Shown piece by piece: positions 28,493-37,701 of a DNA stretch of 64,000 nucleotides. This DNA is from Bacteroidota bacterium (lineage in GTDB: Bacteria > Bacteroidota > Ignavibacteria > Ignavibacteriales > Melioribacteraceae). The notes below the pieces were generated by a model that saw only the letters and a program-made list of their open reading frames with translations, did not search any database and had not been told where the DNA came from. A program made the translations under genes and the position numbers. The DNA lies in contig JAKAMT010000001.1 of NCBI GenBank assembly GCA_021812705.1, forward strand, positions 8,016 to 72,015, given 5' to 3'. Each line of letters starts with the position of its first letter. Position 1 is the first letter of the stretch.

Positions 28493-29653
28493 TTACCGGT
28501 CTGAATTTAAATAAACTCTGGGAACGCGCGTGTTGATGTTGGTTAAAACTTCGTAAGGAATTGTTCCCGCCCATTCCGCAAGTTCTTCAACGGAAATTTT
28601 ATTTGTTCCGTCTGAACCGAATAAAATTATTTCGTCTCCGTTGTATGCCGAATCTTTTTCAATATTAACAACAATCTGGTCCATCGAAATTCTTCCGATT
28701 ACAGGATATCTTTTTCCGCGCAGAAGAACTTCCGCTTTGTGAGACATGCTTCTGAAATATCCGTCCCCGTATCCGACCGGAATTGTAACAGAGCGAACAT
28801 CGTGATCGCACTGCCATGTTAATCCATATCCCACGGGATGGTTTGCCTTAATCACTTTAAAATAAACCACAAGAGATTTCCATGTAGAGGCCGGTTTAAC
28901 TTCTATTGTATGAGAAATTTCTAAGGAAGGATAAACACCGTAGAGTAAAAGACCGGGCCGCACCATATCCAGATTTGCTTCCGGCATCTGAAGTATTGAG
29001 CCGGATTTTGAGATATGCCTTATTGGAAATTGAAGAGAATGCTTTTCATAAAATCTCAGCACCTCAAAAAATCTTTCAAGCTGTAGGCGCGTGTAATCCA
29101 GCTCTTTGTTGTCGGAATTTGCAAAGTGAGAAAATATTCCTTCCACTTCTAAATTTTTGCATTTCAAACTTTCCCGCAAAAGATTTTCCGCCGAGTAATA
29201 ATGAACGCCGATCCTTTCCATTCCCGTATCTATCTTGAGATGAACTTTCGCTTTTATCTTCATAGAAGTTGCAATCTCATCTATCTGTTTTAATTTTTCT
29301 ATCGATGATGCGGTTATGGTGAGATCATATTTCAAAAAATGAGGAATCTGATTTCCCCAAATTCCTCCGAGAACGAGGACGGGGATTTTGATTCCGTTCT
29401 GACGCAGTAAAATTCCCTCTTCAAGAACAGCAACGCCTACAGAATCCGCTCCAAGTTTTTCCATCAGCTGCGCCACCCTTACCAGTCCGTGCCCGTATGC
29501 GTTGGCTTTCAGGATCGGCATCATCTTTGCGTTTCCGACATGATTTTTTATCGCTCTGAAATTATCCGAAAGAATATTTAAGTCTATCTCCAGCCGCGTC
29601 GGCCTGATGATTTCGTCGCTGCTTATGGTGGCGTGATTTATAATTTGGTCCAT
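28493..29653 (-). CDS. alr: Alanine racemase
   Basis: PLP-lysine motif PILKANAYGHG, VGYGDGY, and ISMDQIVV. 386 aa. Confidence 0.93.
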   Translation of the reverse strand: MDQIINHATISSDEIIRPTRLEIDLNILSDNFRAIKNHVGNAKMMPILKANAYGHGLVRVAQLMEKLGADSVGVAVLEEGILLRQNGIKIPVLVLGGIWGNQIPHFLKYDLTITASSIEKLKQIDEIATSMKIKAKVHLKIDTGMERIGVHYYSAENLLRESLKCKNLEVEGIFSHFANSDNKELDYTRLQLERFFEVLRFYEKHSLQFPIRHISKSGSILQMPEANLDMVRPGLLLYGVYPSLEISHTIEVKPASTWKSLVVYFKVIKANHPVGYGLTWQCDHDVRSVTIPVGYGDGYFRSMSHKAEVLLRGKRYPVIGRISMDQIVVNIEKDSAYNGDEIILFGSDGTNKISVEELAEWAGTIPYEVLTNINTRVPRVYLNSDR

Positions 29654-29771
29654 AATGACGGTTATTTGTTTCTACAAACATAAGATTTTTGAAGAAGAGT
29701 ATATTCTTTTTCTGCACATTAATATTTAGTCCCTTATTTTTGATACGGTCTTAAATTTTTTCTCAAATCGA

Positions 29772-30749
29772 ATGAAAATACTATTTATCGGCGGAACTGG
29801 AGTGATAAGCTCGGCATGCTCAAATTTATGCGCCGAGAAGGGATTTGACCTTTTCCTTCTGAATAGGGGGACTTCATTCCGCACACCTCCGGCGAAGGCA
29901 AAAATATTAATCGGAGATATAAGAGATAAACGGAACGTTGAAGAGCTGATTAAAAATGAAAACTTTGATGCGGTTGTAAATTGGATCGGTTACAGCGAAG
30001 AGCATGTTAAGACTGATTATGAACTGTTCAGCGGAAAAACCAAACAGTATATTTTTATCAGCTCGGCTTCGGCATATCAGAAACCGCCGGCAAAATTGCC
30101 CATAACCGAGGACGTTCCGCTGTTTAATCCGTATTGGGAATATTCTCAGAAGAAAATAGAAGCGGAAAAATTTTTAACAACAGTTTTTCGCGAACGCGGA
30201 TTCCCGGTTACAATTTGCAGACCTTCGCATACGTACGATAGAACGAAATTGGCTCTGTACGGAAATTATACCGTGCTGAACAGAATGAGGAAAAACAAGA
30301 AAATTGTAATTCACGGAGACGGAGAATCTAAGTGGACGCTCACAAACGCAAAAGATTTTGCCCGCGGATTTATCGGTCTTCTAGGCAATCAGGACACCGT
30401 CGGGGAGGCATATCATATCACATCCGATGAAGTGCTTACATGGAATCAGATTTCAAAAATCATTTCGGAAAAAATGGGATGCGGGCTGAACGCGGCATAC
30501 CTGCCTCCGGAACATATTGTAAAATACGATGCGGAATGGGGAAAAAGTATTTTGGGAGACAAAATGTTCGACACGGTTTTTGATAATTCCAAGATCAGAA
30601 AAATCGTTCCGGATTTTAAAGCCGAAATTCCATATGCCCGCGGCGTGGAAGAAATAATAGAATGGTATTCTAAAAAAGAAAATCAGGCAGTCGACGAAAA
30701 GCTGGACGCTTTAATGGACAAAGCGATTGCGGAATACAAAAATAATTAG
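29772..30749 (+). CDS. NAD-dependent epimerase/dehydratase (extended SDR)
   Basis: GGTGVISS glycine-rich N-terminus. SSASAY and the YSQKK (YxxxK) catalytic region. Confidence 0.8.
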   Translation: MKILFIGGTGVISSACSNLCAEKGFDLFLLNRGTSFRTPPAKAKILIGDIRDKRNVEELIKNENFDAVVNWIGYSEEHVKTDYELFSGKTKQYIFISSASAYQKPPAKLPITEDVPLFNPYWEYSQKKIEAEKFLTTVFRERGFPVTICRPSHTYDRTKLALYGNYTVLNRMRKNKKIVIHGDGESKWTLTNAKDFARGFIGLLGNQDTVGEAYHITSDEVLTWNQISKIISEKMGCGLNAAYLPPEHIVKYDAEWGKSILGDKMFDTVFDNSKIRKIVPDFKAEIPYARGVEEIIEWYSKKENQAVDEKLDALMDKAIAEYKNN

Positions 30750-30765
30750 CAGAAAGAATATTGAA

Positions 30766-31671
30766 ATGAGTATGAAATACTTTAAAACATTTTTTTTAAG
30801 CGCTGTTTGTTTTTTTTTAATTTCAGCGCCCGCTGCTATTTCTCAAACCCGGAATGAATTTAACACGAATGCACCCGTCACTCTTCACAGAGCGGAAGTA
30901 ATAAAAATAAAGTCTTCGTCGAACGGAGTTACATACCCGATTAATGTTGCTCTGCCCGGAAGTTATTTTGTTTCCGGTAAAGCATATCCGGTAGTTTATA
31001 TGCTCGACGCATATTCGTCATTCGGAATGGTGACGGAGATGGCGAGGCTTTTGGCCTCCAGCCGCGAACTCCCCGAAATTATTCTTGTGGGAATCTCTTC
31101 TGAGGGGGGATCAAAAGAATTTGTGTTTAACCGGTCAAGAGATTATACTCCTACACAGATCCGGACGGAAAAACTGCCGCAGGAACTGCGCAGCGCAATT
31201 CCCGTCTCCGGAGGTGCCGAAAAATTTCTCAAATTCATAAAAGAAGAACTGATTCCATTTGTCGAAACAAAATACAGAACTGCGCCCGGCGACAGAACAC
31301 TGGCAGGCCATTCCCTGGGCGGGCTGTTTGTTTTTTATTCGCTTTTTGCTCAGCCCGAATTATTTAAAAGATATGTCGCAATAAGTCCGGCATTGGTATG
31401 GGATGACGAATGGGTTCTGAAGAACGAAGAAGTATTTTTTGCAGATCATAAATCAATAAATGCCGCATTATATACTTCGGTCGGCTCCAAAGAGGAACAG
31501 TCCTTTATCTCCTCATGGAAAAAATTGACCGCTGAGATACAGAGACGCAATTATTCGCTGCTTAAACTGAAAACAGAAACAGCCGCCGATGAAACGCACT
31601 ACACAATTATGCCTCAAATTATAACGCACGGTCTGAAGTCTGTTTTTGAGATGATGCCGGTCGAGAATTAA
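30766..31671 (+). CDS. Secreted alpha/beta hydrolase of the putative-esterase (enterochelin-esterase-like) family
   Basis: Signal peptide from the ATG at 30766 (MSMKYFKTFFLSAV...). GHSLGG nucleophile elbow and the YPVVYMLD motif. Start trimmed from the track ORF at 30727, which overlaps the upstream gene. Confidence 0.75.
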   Translation: MSMKYFKTFFLSAVCFFLISAPAAISQTRNEFNTNAPVTLHRAEVIKIKSSSNGVTYPINVALPGSYFVSGKAYPVVYMLDAYSSFGMVTEMARLLASSRELPEIILVGISSEGGSKEFVFNRSRDYTPTQIRTEKLPQELRSAIPVSGGAEKFLKFIKEELIPFVETKYRTAPGDRTLAGHSLGGLFVFYSLFAQPELFKRYVAISPALVWDDEWVLKNEEVFFADHKSINAALYTSVGSKEEQSFISSWKKLTAEIQRRNYSLLKLKTETAADETHYTIMPQIITHGLKSVFEMMPVEN

Positions 31672-31724
31672 GATTTAATTAATGTTTATTATTTCAATCA
31701 ATTTAACAGTTCGGAGAATTAATT

Positions 31725-32345
31725 TTGGAAATTATAGAGATAGTCGGTTACGCCGGATCGGTGCTGGTCGCGGTTTCGCTTATGATGAGTTCAATTGTGA
31801 GACTGCGCGTTATAAACTTATTCGGGGCGCTTGTTTTTTCAACTTACGGTTTTATAATCGGCGCGCTTCCGGTGGGATTCCTTAACGGATTCATTGCCCT
31901 CGTTGATATCTATTATCTTATCGAGATTTTTACAACCAAAGAATATTTTCGCGTTCTGGAAGTGAAACACGATTCCGAATACCTGAAATATTTTTTAAAA
32001 TTTCATGAGAAAGAGATAAGAAAATTCATTCCAACATTTTCGTTTGAACCGGGAGAAGGCTGGCTCGTTCTTTTCATCCTTCGAAATTCAATTCCGGCCG
32101 GATTAGTTTGCGCAGAGTATCACGATTCGGAACATCTGTTCCTTAATTTGGATTTTGCAATTCCGGGTTATAGAGATTTCAAAATGGGCAAATATGTGTT
32201 CCCCAAAATATTTGAAACTCACCGAGTGAAAAAAATATACAGCGAACCGGGGAATAAAATGCATGAACAGTATCTGATTAAAATGGGATTTGTAAAATCA
32301 GAGCTGGACGGCAAACCGGTTTATCTGCTCGAAAGCAAAAAATAA
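31725..32345 (+). CDS. Membrane protein with YgjV-like N-terminal TM region plus a soluble C-terminal domain
   Basis: TTG start. About three TM helices in the first 70 aa resemble the YgjV family. The rest is unrecognised. Confidence 0.4.
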   Translation: MEIIEIVGYAGSVLVAVSLMMSSIVRLRVINLFGALVFSTYGFIIGALPVGFLNGFIALVDIYYLIEIFTTKEYFRVLEVKHDSEYLKYFLKFHEKEIRKFIPTFSFEPGEGWLVLFILRNSIPAGLVCAEYHDSEHLFLNLDFAIPGYRDFKMGKYVFPKIFETHRVKKIYSEPGNKMHEQYLIKMGFVKSELDGKPVYLLESKK

Positions 32346-32359
32346 TTATAAGAGACGGG

Positions 32360-33115
32360 ATGAATAAAATAATATTTGAAGCGTGTGTGGATTCATTTGA
32401 AAGCGCTCTCGCGGCTCAGAACGGGGGCGCGGACAGAATTGAATTGTGCGCAGACCTTCTTGAAGGGGGAATAACCCCGTCTGCCGGATTGATTCAGTTA
32501 GTTGTCGAGAAATTGAAAATCCCGGTTATGGTGATGATACGTCCCCGCGGCGGCGATTTTCTTTATTCGGAAAATGAATTCGAAGAGATGAAACGCGATA
32601 TAAGTATTATTAAAAATTTCAATCCGGCCGGATTTGTCTTTGGAATTTTAAGTGAAGACGGCACCGTTGATAAAATCCGCACTAAATCTCTTGTAGAAGC
32701 CGCGCGACCGCTGAAGGCAACCTTTCACCGCGCTTTCGATATGACGAGAGATCCCTTGGAAGCGCTTGATGATCTTATTGAATTGGGAGTCGACCGGGTA
32801 CTGACTTCAGGGCAGGAATTGGACGTAGAGAGAGGAATTGAAACTCTTAGAAAATTTGTAGAATACGCCGGAGAAAAAATTATTATAATGCCCGGCGGCG
32901 GAGTGAACGAATTTAACGCCGCTGAAATTCTCAAAGCGAGCGGCGCAAAAGAGATTCACGCTTCCGCAAGAGAAAAAAAAGAGAGCGCTATGAAATTCAG
33001 AAATCCTAAAACTACAATGAGCGATTCCAGCAGCATGCCCGAATACGAGCTCATGGTTACATCTGAAAAAAGAGTGAGCGCAATAAAAAAAATAATCGGC
33101 CAGGTTCAATTTTGA
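32360..33115 (+). CDS. cutC: Copper homeostasis protein CutC family
   Basis: FEACVDS..SALAAQNGGADRIELC, MIRPRGGDF.Y, TFHRAFD. Confidence 0.9.
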   Translation: MNKIIFEACVDSFESALAAQNGGADRIELCADLLEGGITPSAGLIQLVVEKLKIPVMVMIRPRGGDFLYSENEFEEMKRDISIIKNFNPAGFVFGILSEDGTVDKIRTKSLVEAARPLKATFHRAFDMTRDPLEALDDLIELGVDRVLTSGQELDVERGIETLRKFVEYAGEKIIIMPGGGVNEFNAAEILKASGAKEIHASAREKKESAMKFRNPKTTMSDSSSMPEYELMVTSEKRVSAIKKIIGQVQF

Positions 33116-33137
33116 ATTCAACCAAGGAGGCATCGGA

Positions 33138-34859
33138 ATGAAAAAAATATTTTATCATATTTTATCTCTCTTCATAATCATTTCGGCTGCGGTAAATGCG
33201 CAAAATCCGAGATTCTTAATTTCTTTCGGATCTGAAGCGGGCAATTTGCCGGTTGACGGAAGGGTGCTGCTTCTGATATCTAATAATAATTCTGACGAGC
33301 CGAGATTTCAGATAGGAGAGGGACCGTCAACGCAGCTGGTATTCGGCAAGGATGTTAACAGCCTTAAGCCGGGCGAGTCTGTGGAGATAGATAATTCCGT
33401 ATTCGGGTTTCCGGTAAAAAGTTTAAGCGAGCTGCCGAAGGGAGAATACTATGTCCAGGCGCTTCTACATAAATATGAAACGTTTCATCTGTCAAACGGA
33501 AAAACAGTTAAACTGCCAATGGACAGGGGAGAAGGACAGCAGTGGAACAGAGCGCCGGGAAATTATTTCAGCATCCCGCAAAAAATTTATGTCGACCCTT
33601 CTCAAAAGGATCCTTATAAAATTGTTATGAATAAAATAATTCCTCCGCTTCCGGAACCGAAAGAGAGCAAATATGTAAAGCATATAAAGATCAAAAGCGA
33701 ACTGCTTACCAAATTCTGGGGCAGACCGATCTATCTTGCCGCGTTCGTTCTGCTTCCGTACGGATTCGACGAACACCCCGACGCCCGATATCCGCTTGTA
33801 ATTAATCACGGGCATTTTCCGAACTCAATTTCAGCGTTCAGAGAAACTCCTCCCGATACGAATTTATCACCCGATTACAGCGAGCGGTTCCACTGGAAAG
33901 GTTACAATAAAACCGTTCAGGAATATTCTTATAAAATGTTTAACGAATGGACTTCACCCGATTTTCCGAGAATGCTTCTGATCGAGATTCAACACGCAAA
34001 TCCGTACTATGACGATTCGTACGCAGTTAATTCCGAAAATCTTGGTCCCTACGGCGATGCAATTACTTATGAACTGATTCCCGCAATCGAAAAAAAATTC
34101 AGAGGAATCGGAAAAGGGTGGTCCCGCTTTTTGTACGGCGGTTCAACCGGCGGTTGGGAATCTTTGGCCGCGCAGATCTTTTATCCCGATGAGTATAACG
34201 GATGCTGGGCTGCCTGCCCGGATCCAATCGATTTCCGGTCGTATACAATAGTTAATATATACGATGACAAGAACGCATACTATTTAGACAATACCTGGAA
34301 AAAAACTCCGCGCCCCGGAACGCGCAACTATCTTGGTCAAATAAGCGCGACTCTGGAAGAGGCAAATCATCTTGAACTCGCGCTCGGCGAGAACTCTAGA
34401 TCGGGCGGACAGTGGGATATATGGCAGGCGGTGTTTTCGCCAATGGGTGCGGACGGTTATCCAAAACCGGTCTGGAATAAACTGACGGGAGAAATAGATC
34501 ATAATATTGCGCAGTATTGGAAAGAAAATTTTGATCTGAGATATATTCTTGAACGGGACTGGAACAAACTTGGAAACAAACTAAAAGGAAAGATTCATAT
34601 CTATGTCGGCGAGGCGGATAATTTTTATCTGAACAATGCCGTATATCTGATGGAAGATTTTCTGCGGAATACAAAAGATCCGTTTTACGATGGTGAAATT
34701 GATTACGGCGCCAGAGCGGAACATTGCTGGAACGGAGATCACGATCAGCCGAACGCTATTTCACGGCTCCGTTATGCGCAGATGTATTTTCCGAAAATTG
34801 TAAAACGCATTTTAGAATCGGCCCCCAAAGATGCAGATCTTACAAGCTGGAGATATTAA
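33138..34859 (+). CDS. Secreted hypothetical protein, possibly esterase-like alpha/beta fold
   Basis: Signal peptide. YGGSTGGWESLAAQ resembles a GxSxG-type elbow. Otherwise unrecognised. Confidence 0.4.
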   Translation: MKKIFYHILSLFIIISAAVNAQNPRFLISFGSEAGNLPVDGRVLLLISNNNSDEPRFQIGEGPSTQLVFGKDVNSLKPGESVEIDNSVFGFPVKSLSELPKGEYYVQALLHKYETFHLSNGKTVKLPMDRGEGQQWNRAPGNYFSIPQKIYVDPSQKDPYKIVMNKIIPPLPEPKESKYVKHIKIKSELLTKFWGRPIYLAAFVLLPYGFDEHPDARYPLVINHGHFPNSISAFRETPPDTNLSPDYSERFHWKGYNKTVQEYSYKMFNEWTSPDFPRMLLIEIQHANPYYDDSYAVNSENLGPYGDAITYELIPAIEKKFRGIGKGWSRFLYGGSTGGWESLAAQIFYPDEYNGCWAACPDPIDFRSYTIVNIYDDKNAYYLDNTWKKTPRPGTRNYLGQISATLEEANHLELALGENSRSGGQWDIWQAVFSPMGADGYPKPVWNKLTGEIDHNIAQYWKENFDLRYILERDWNKLGNKLKGKIHIYVGEADNFYLNNAVYLMEDFLRNTKDPFYDGEIDYGARAEHCWNGDHDQPNAISRLRYAQMYFPKIVKRILESAPKDADLTSWRY

Positions 34860-35528
34860 TTGAACGATTCAGAAAAAATATTTTCTTTCGAAATTTTATT
34901 TGAAAATGCGGAACTGATTGCCGCAAATAAGCCGGCGGGCATCTCTTCTATCTCCGAAAACGATACGTCAATTGAAACGCTTCATTCGCTTTTAGAAAAA
35001 AAATATTCGCAGAAACTGTTTATTGTCCACCGGCTGGATAAAGAGGTAAGCGGAATAATTTTATTTGCAAGAAATTCACGCGCTCATAAATTTTTTAACG
35101 ACCAGTTCGCGGAACGCAAAATTAAAAAGTTTTATACCGCGCTTGTTCACGGGAGCGTGAAAGACGAAGAGGGAATAATAAAAAGACCGATTAGGGAATT
35201 CGGCTCGGGCAGAATGGGAGTGGATGATAAAAAGGGAAAACCGAGCGAAACAAAATTCAAAGTAACCCGCAGGTTTAAAGACTTTACGCTGCTCGAATTG
35301 AATCCCTCCACCGGGCGCCGCCACCAGCTTCGGGTTCACCTTTATTCCATCGGTCATTCGATAGTCGGAGATTTGCGTTACGGAGATAGAAATATTCAGG
35401 AAAAGTTTCCGCGGCTGATGCTTCATGCCAAAAGTCTGGAATTCAAAATGACGGACGGATCAATTAAAAAGATTGAAGCAGATTTGCCGTATTTATTCAA
35501 AGAAGAGATTGAAAAAGCGGCCGAATAA
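34860..35528 (+). CDS. RluA-family pseudouridine synthase
   Basis: Catalytic HRLDKEVSG motif and GRRHQLRVH. TTG start directly after the upstream stop. Confidence 0.85.
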   Translation: MNDSEKIFSFEILFENAELIAANKPAGISSISENDTSIETLHSLLEKKYSQKLFIVHRLDKEVSGIILFARNSRAHKFFNDQFAERKIKKFYTALVHGSVKDEEGIIKRPIREFGSGRMGVDDKKGKPSETKFKVTRRFKDFTLLELNPSTGRRHQLRVHLYSIGHSIVGDLRYGDRNIQEKFPRLMLHAKSLEFKMTDGSIKKIEADLPYLFKEEIEKAAE

Positions 35529-35546
35529 ACTCAGCCGCTTTGAATA

Positions 35547-36464
35547 TTAATTTTGTTTCTTAACGAGCTCGTCGTAAGTTTTTTCCAGATTCATTTTACG
35601 CGCGCCCTCCCATCTCTCTTTAAGTCCGCCGAACCCGGGTACCTCGCCGGATGCGGCAATTACTTCTTTTGATTTTCCTGTTTTTATGCCGGCTGAAACA
35701 AATTCAATTAAAGCGGTTAAATAATTTTGCATCGCGAGAATATCCGTCATGCTGCCGGTCGTCAGGTCGTCCGAAGCGCCGTGGCCGAAAATGAAAAGAG
35801 TGTCTTTCGAATAGAATTTTGAGATTCTCTCCAGCACGTTTGGCCAGTTTTCAATCGATCCGCCCCCGTTTGAATCTATGAACGGATAAGTCCTGTTGAA
35901 GACAAGATCGCCGACATGCGCTACATTGGTCCTCTGAAAATGAATTACGGAATCGCCTCCCGTATGCGCGGGTCCGAAATATTTTGCGGATACCACCTCT
36001 TTTCCTATCTCCTGTGTCCATTCTTTTTTAAAAGTAAAATTCGGATATGCCTGCGGTTTGGAGGGATCGTTGCCGTAATTTTTTTCCTGGAGCGCTTTGC
36101 AGTTTTCGTGTGCTATTATTCTATCTGCGAAATCTTTTAAATAGATATTTCCCGAAGTATGATCGCCGTGATGATGAGTATTGAAAAGAAGATCTATTCT
36201 TCTTGCCGATTTTTTCCGCAGTTCGGCAAGCATGTTTTTTGCCGAATCCGGAAATTGAGAGTCAACAACCACTACGGCATCATCGGCGGCATACCATCCT
36301 ATGGTGCCCCCTTTTTCCAGGTAGATTCCGCAATCGCCGCGCAATGTTTTAAAACTTCCGGCGGGAGGATTAAAAATCTTTCCAAAATTTATCGAAGCGG
36401 GAATAAAAAATCCGCCCGCTAAAAGAGAAGATGTTCTTAAAAATTCTTTACGTGTTAATTTCAT
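35547..36464 (-). CDS. MBL-fold metallo-hydrolase with Tat-like signal
   Basis: TRKEFLRTSSLLAGG leader. HHHGDH zinc motif with later H and D ligands. Confidence 0.85.
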   Translation of the reverse strand: MKLTRKEFLRTSSLLAGGFFIPASINFGKIFNPPAGSFKTLRGDCGIYLEKGGTIGWYAADDAVVVVDSQFPDSAKNMLAELRKKSARRIDLLFNTHHHGDHTSGNIYLKDFADRIIAHENCKALQEKNYGNDPSKPQAYPNFTFKKEWTQEIGKEVVSAKYFGPAHTGGDSVIHFQRTNVAHVGDLVFNRTYPFIDSNGGGSIENWPNVLERISKFYSKDTLFIFGHGASDDLTTGSMTDILAMQNYLTALIEFVSAGIKTGKSKEVIAASGEVPGFGGLKERWEGARKMNLEKTYDELVKKQN

Positions 36465-36644
36465 TATAATCTCTTTTCTTTTTGATTACCGGCAAATTTA
36501 CCATAAAACTTATTTGTGTTGCAAGAAGTTCTAATTCCAAGAGGAGTTCATTCTGCGCATTCCATCGGGTTTATTTAGAGAGTTATAGAAATATTCATAT
36601 TTAAATATTAATTTATAGCCAGTATTAAACAATATTTCATTTCA

Positions 36645-37694
36645 ATGGCACATCCCAAAACGTTAAAGGCAATTGATTTCTTCTGTTCCATCGGCGGCAT
36701 GACATATGGATTTAGGCAGGCCGGGATTAATGTTATAGCAGGAATAGATATAGATTCATCTTGCAAAGAAACCTACGAATACAATAACCCCGGATCGAAG
36801 TTTATAGAAGCCGATGTGATGGATTTAACTTTTGACGATTTGAAAGAAAAAACCGGAATAAAAGAGAATGACGACAATCTTATTTTTATCGGTTGTAGTC
36901 CGTGTCAGTATTGGAGTATAATAAACACAGTTAAGACAAAATCAGAGAAAACGAAAAACCTTCTAACAGATTTTCAAAGATTTGTGGAACATTTTAAACC
37001 CGGATACGTTGTTGTTGAAAACGTTCCGGGAATTTTGAAGAAAGCCGATGAAAGCGGATTGACTAATTTTATTCGTATGCTTGAAGATGGGGGTAATTAT
37101 AGAGTTGATAAGGGAATTTTAAACGCAAATCATCACGGTGTTCCGCAGAAAAGAAGACGGTTCTCTTTAATCGCATCGCGAGTAAATAAACAAATCTCAC
37201 TTCCTCTTCCCAACAAGGGCCCCGCCCCAACAGTAAAAGATTATATAGGAACGAACAACGGATTTGAAAAAATTCCGAATAATCATAAAGACAAAACCGA
37301 CTTTATTCACACGACGGCAAGGCTTAGTAATAAGAATTTGAAAAGAATTATAAAAACGACCAAGAACGGCGGGAGCAGATGCGATTGGAAAGACAATGAT
37401 GAACTGCAATTAGAGTGTTACAAAAAAAGTCCCGACGGCTTTCGCGATATTTACGGAAGAATGTCTTGGGACAAGCCGGCGCCGACAATAACGACAAAAT
37501 TTCACAGCATTTCGAACGGAAGATTCGGACATCCCAAGGAGAATAGAGCAATTTCATTGAGAGAAGGCGCGACATTACAAACTTTCCCCAAAACATATGT
37601 GTTTAAAGAGAAAAGCATAAGCAAAGTAGCAAAACAAATTGGCAATGCAGTCCCTCCAAATCTTGCCTTTTTAATCGCAAAACAAATAATATAG
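36645..37694 (+). CDS. dcm: DNA (cytosine-5)-methyltransferase
   Basis: Motif I FCSIGG, motif IV GCSPCQYWS, motif VI VVENVPG, motif VIII QKRRRF, motif X GNAVPP, in the canonical order. Confidence 0.93.
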   Translation: MAHPKTLKAIDFFCSIGGMTYGFRQAGINVIAGIDIDSSCKETYEYNNPGSKFIEADVMDLTFDDLKEKTGIKENDDNLIFIGCSPCQYWSIINTVKTKSEKTKNLLTDFQRFVEHFKPGYVVVENVPGILKKADESGLTNFIRMLEDGGNYRVDKGILNANHHGVPQKRRRFSLIASRVNKQISLPLPNKGPAPTVKDYIGTNNGFEKIPNNHKDKTDFIHTTARLSNKNLKRIIKTTKNGGSRCDWKDNDELQLECYKKSPDGFRDIYGRMSWDKPAPTITTKFHSISNGRFGHPKENRAISLREGATLQTFPKTYVFKEKSISKVAKQIGNAVPPNLAFLIAKQII

Positions 37695-37701
37695 CAAATA
37701 T

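Noticed and set aside
31682-31885. 67-aa plus-strand ORF overlapping the start of the YgjV-like membrane protein gene in another frame
   Set aside because: The overlapping 206-aa frame encodes coherent TM helices. The 67-aa frame is Arg-rich with no features.
36605-36616. 12-nt direct repeat ATATTAATTTAT (second copy at 41709-41720) as a target-site duplication of the defence cassette
   Set aside because: It is not rejected as an observation and is reported in the findings. It is rejected as proof of mobility. It is a low-complexity AT-only 12-mer in AT-rich spacers, so a chance match is plausible, and no recombinase or terminal inverted repeats accompany it.
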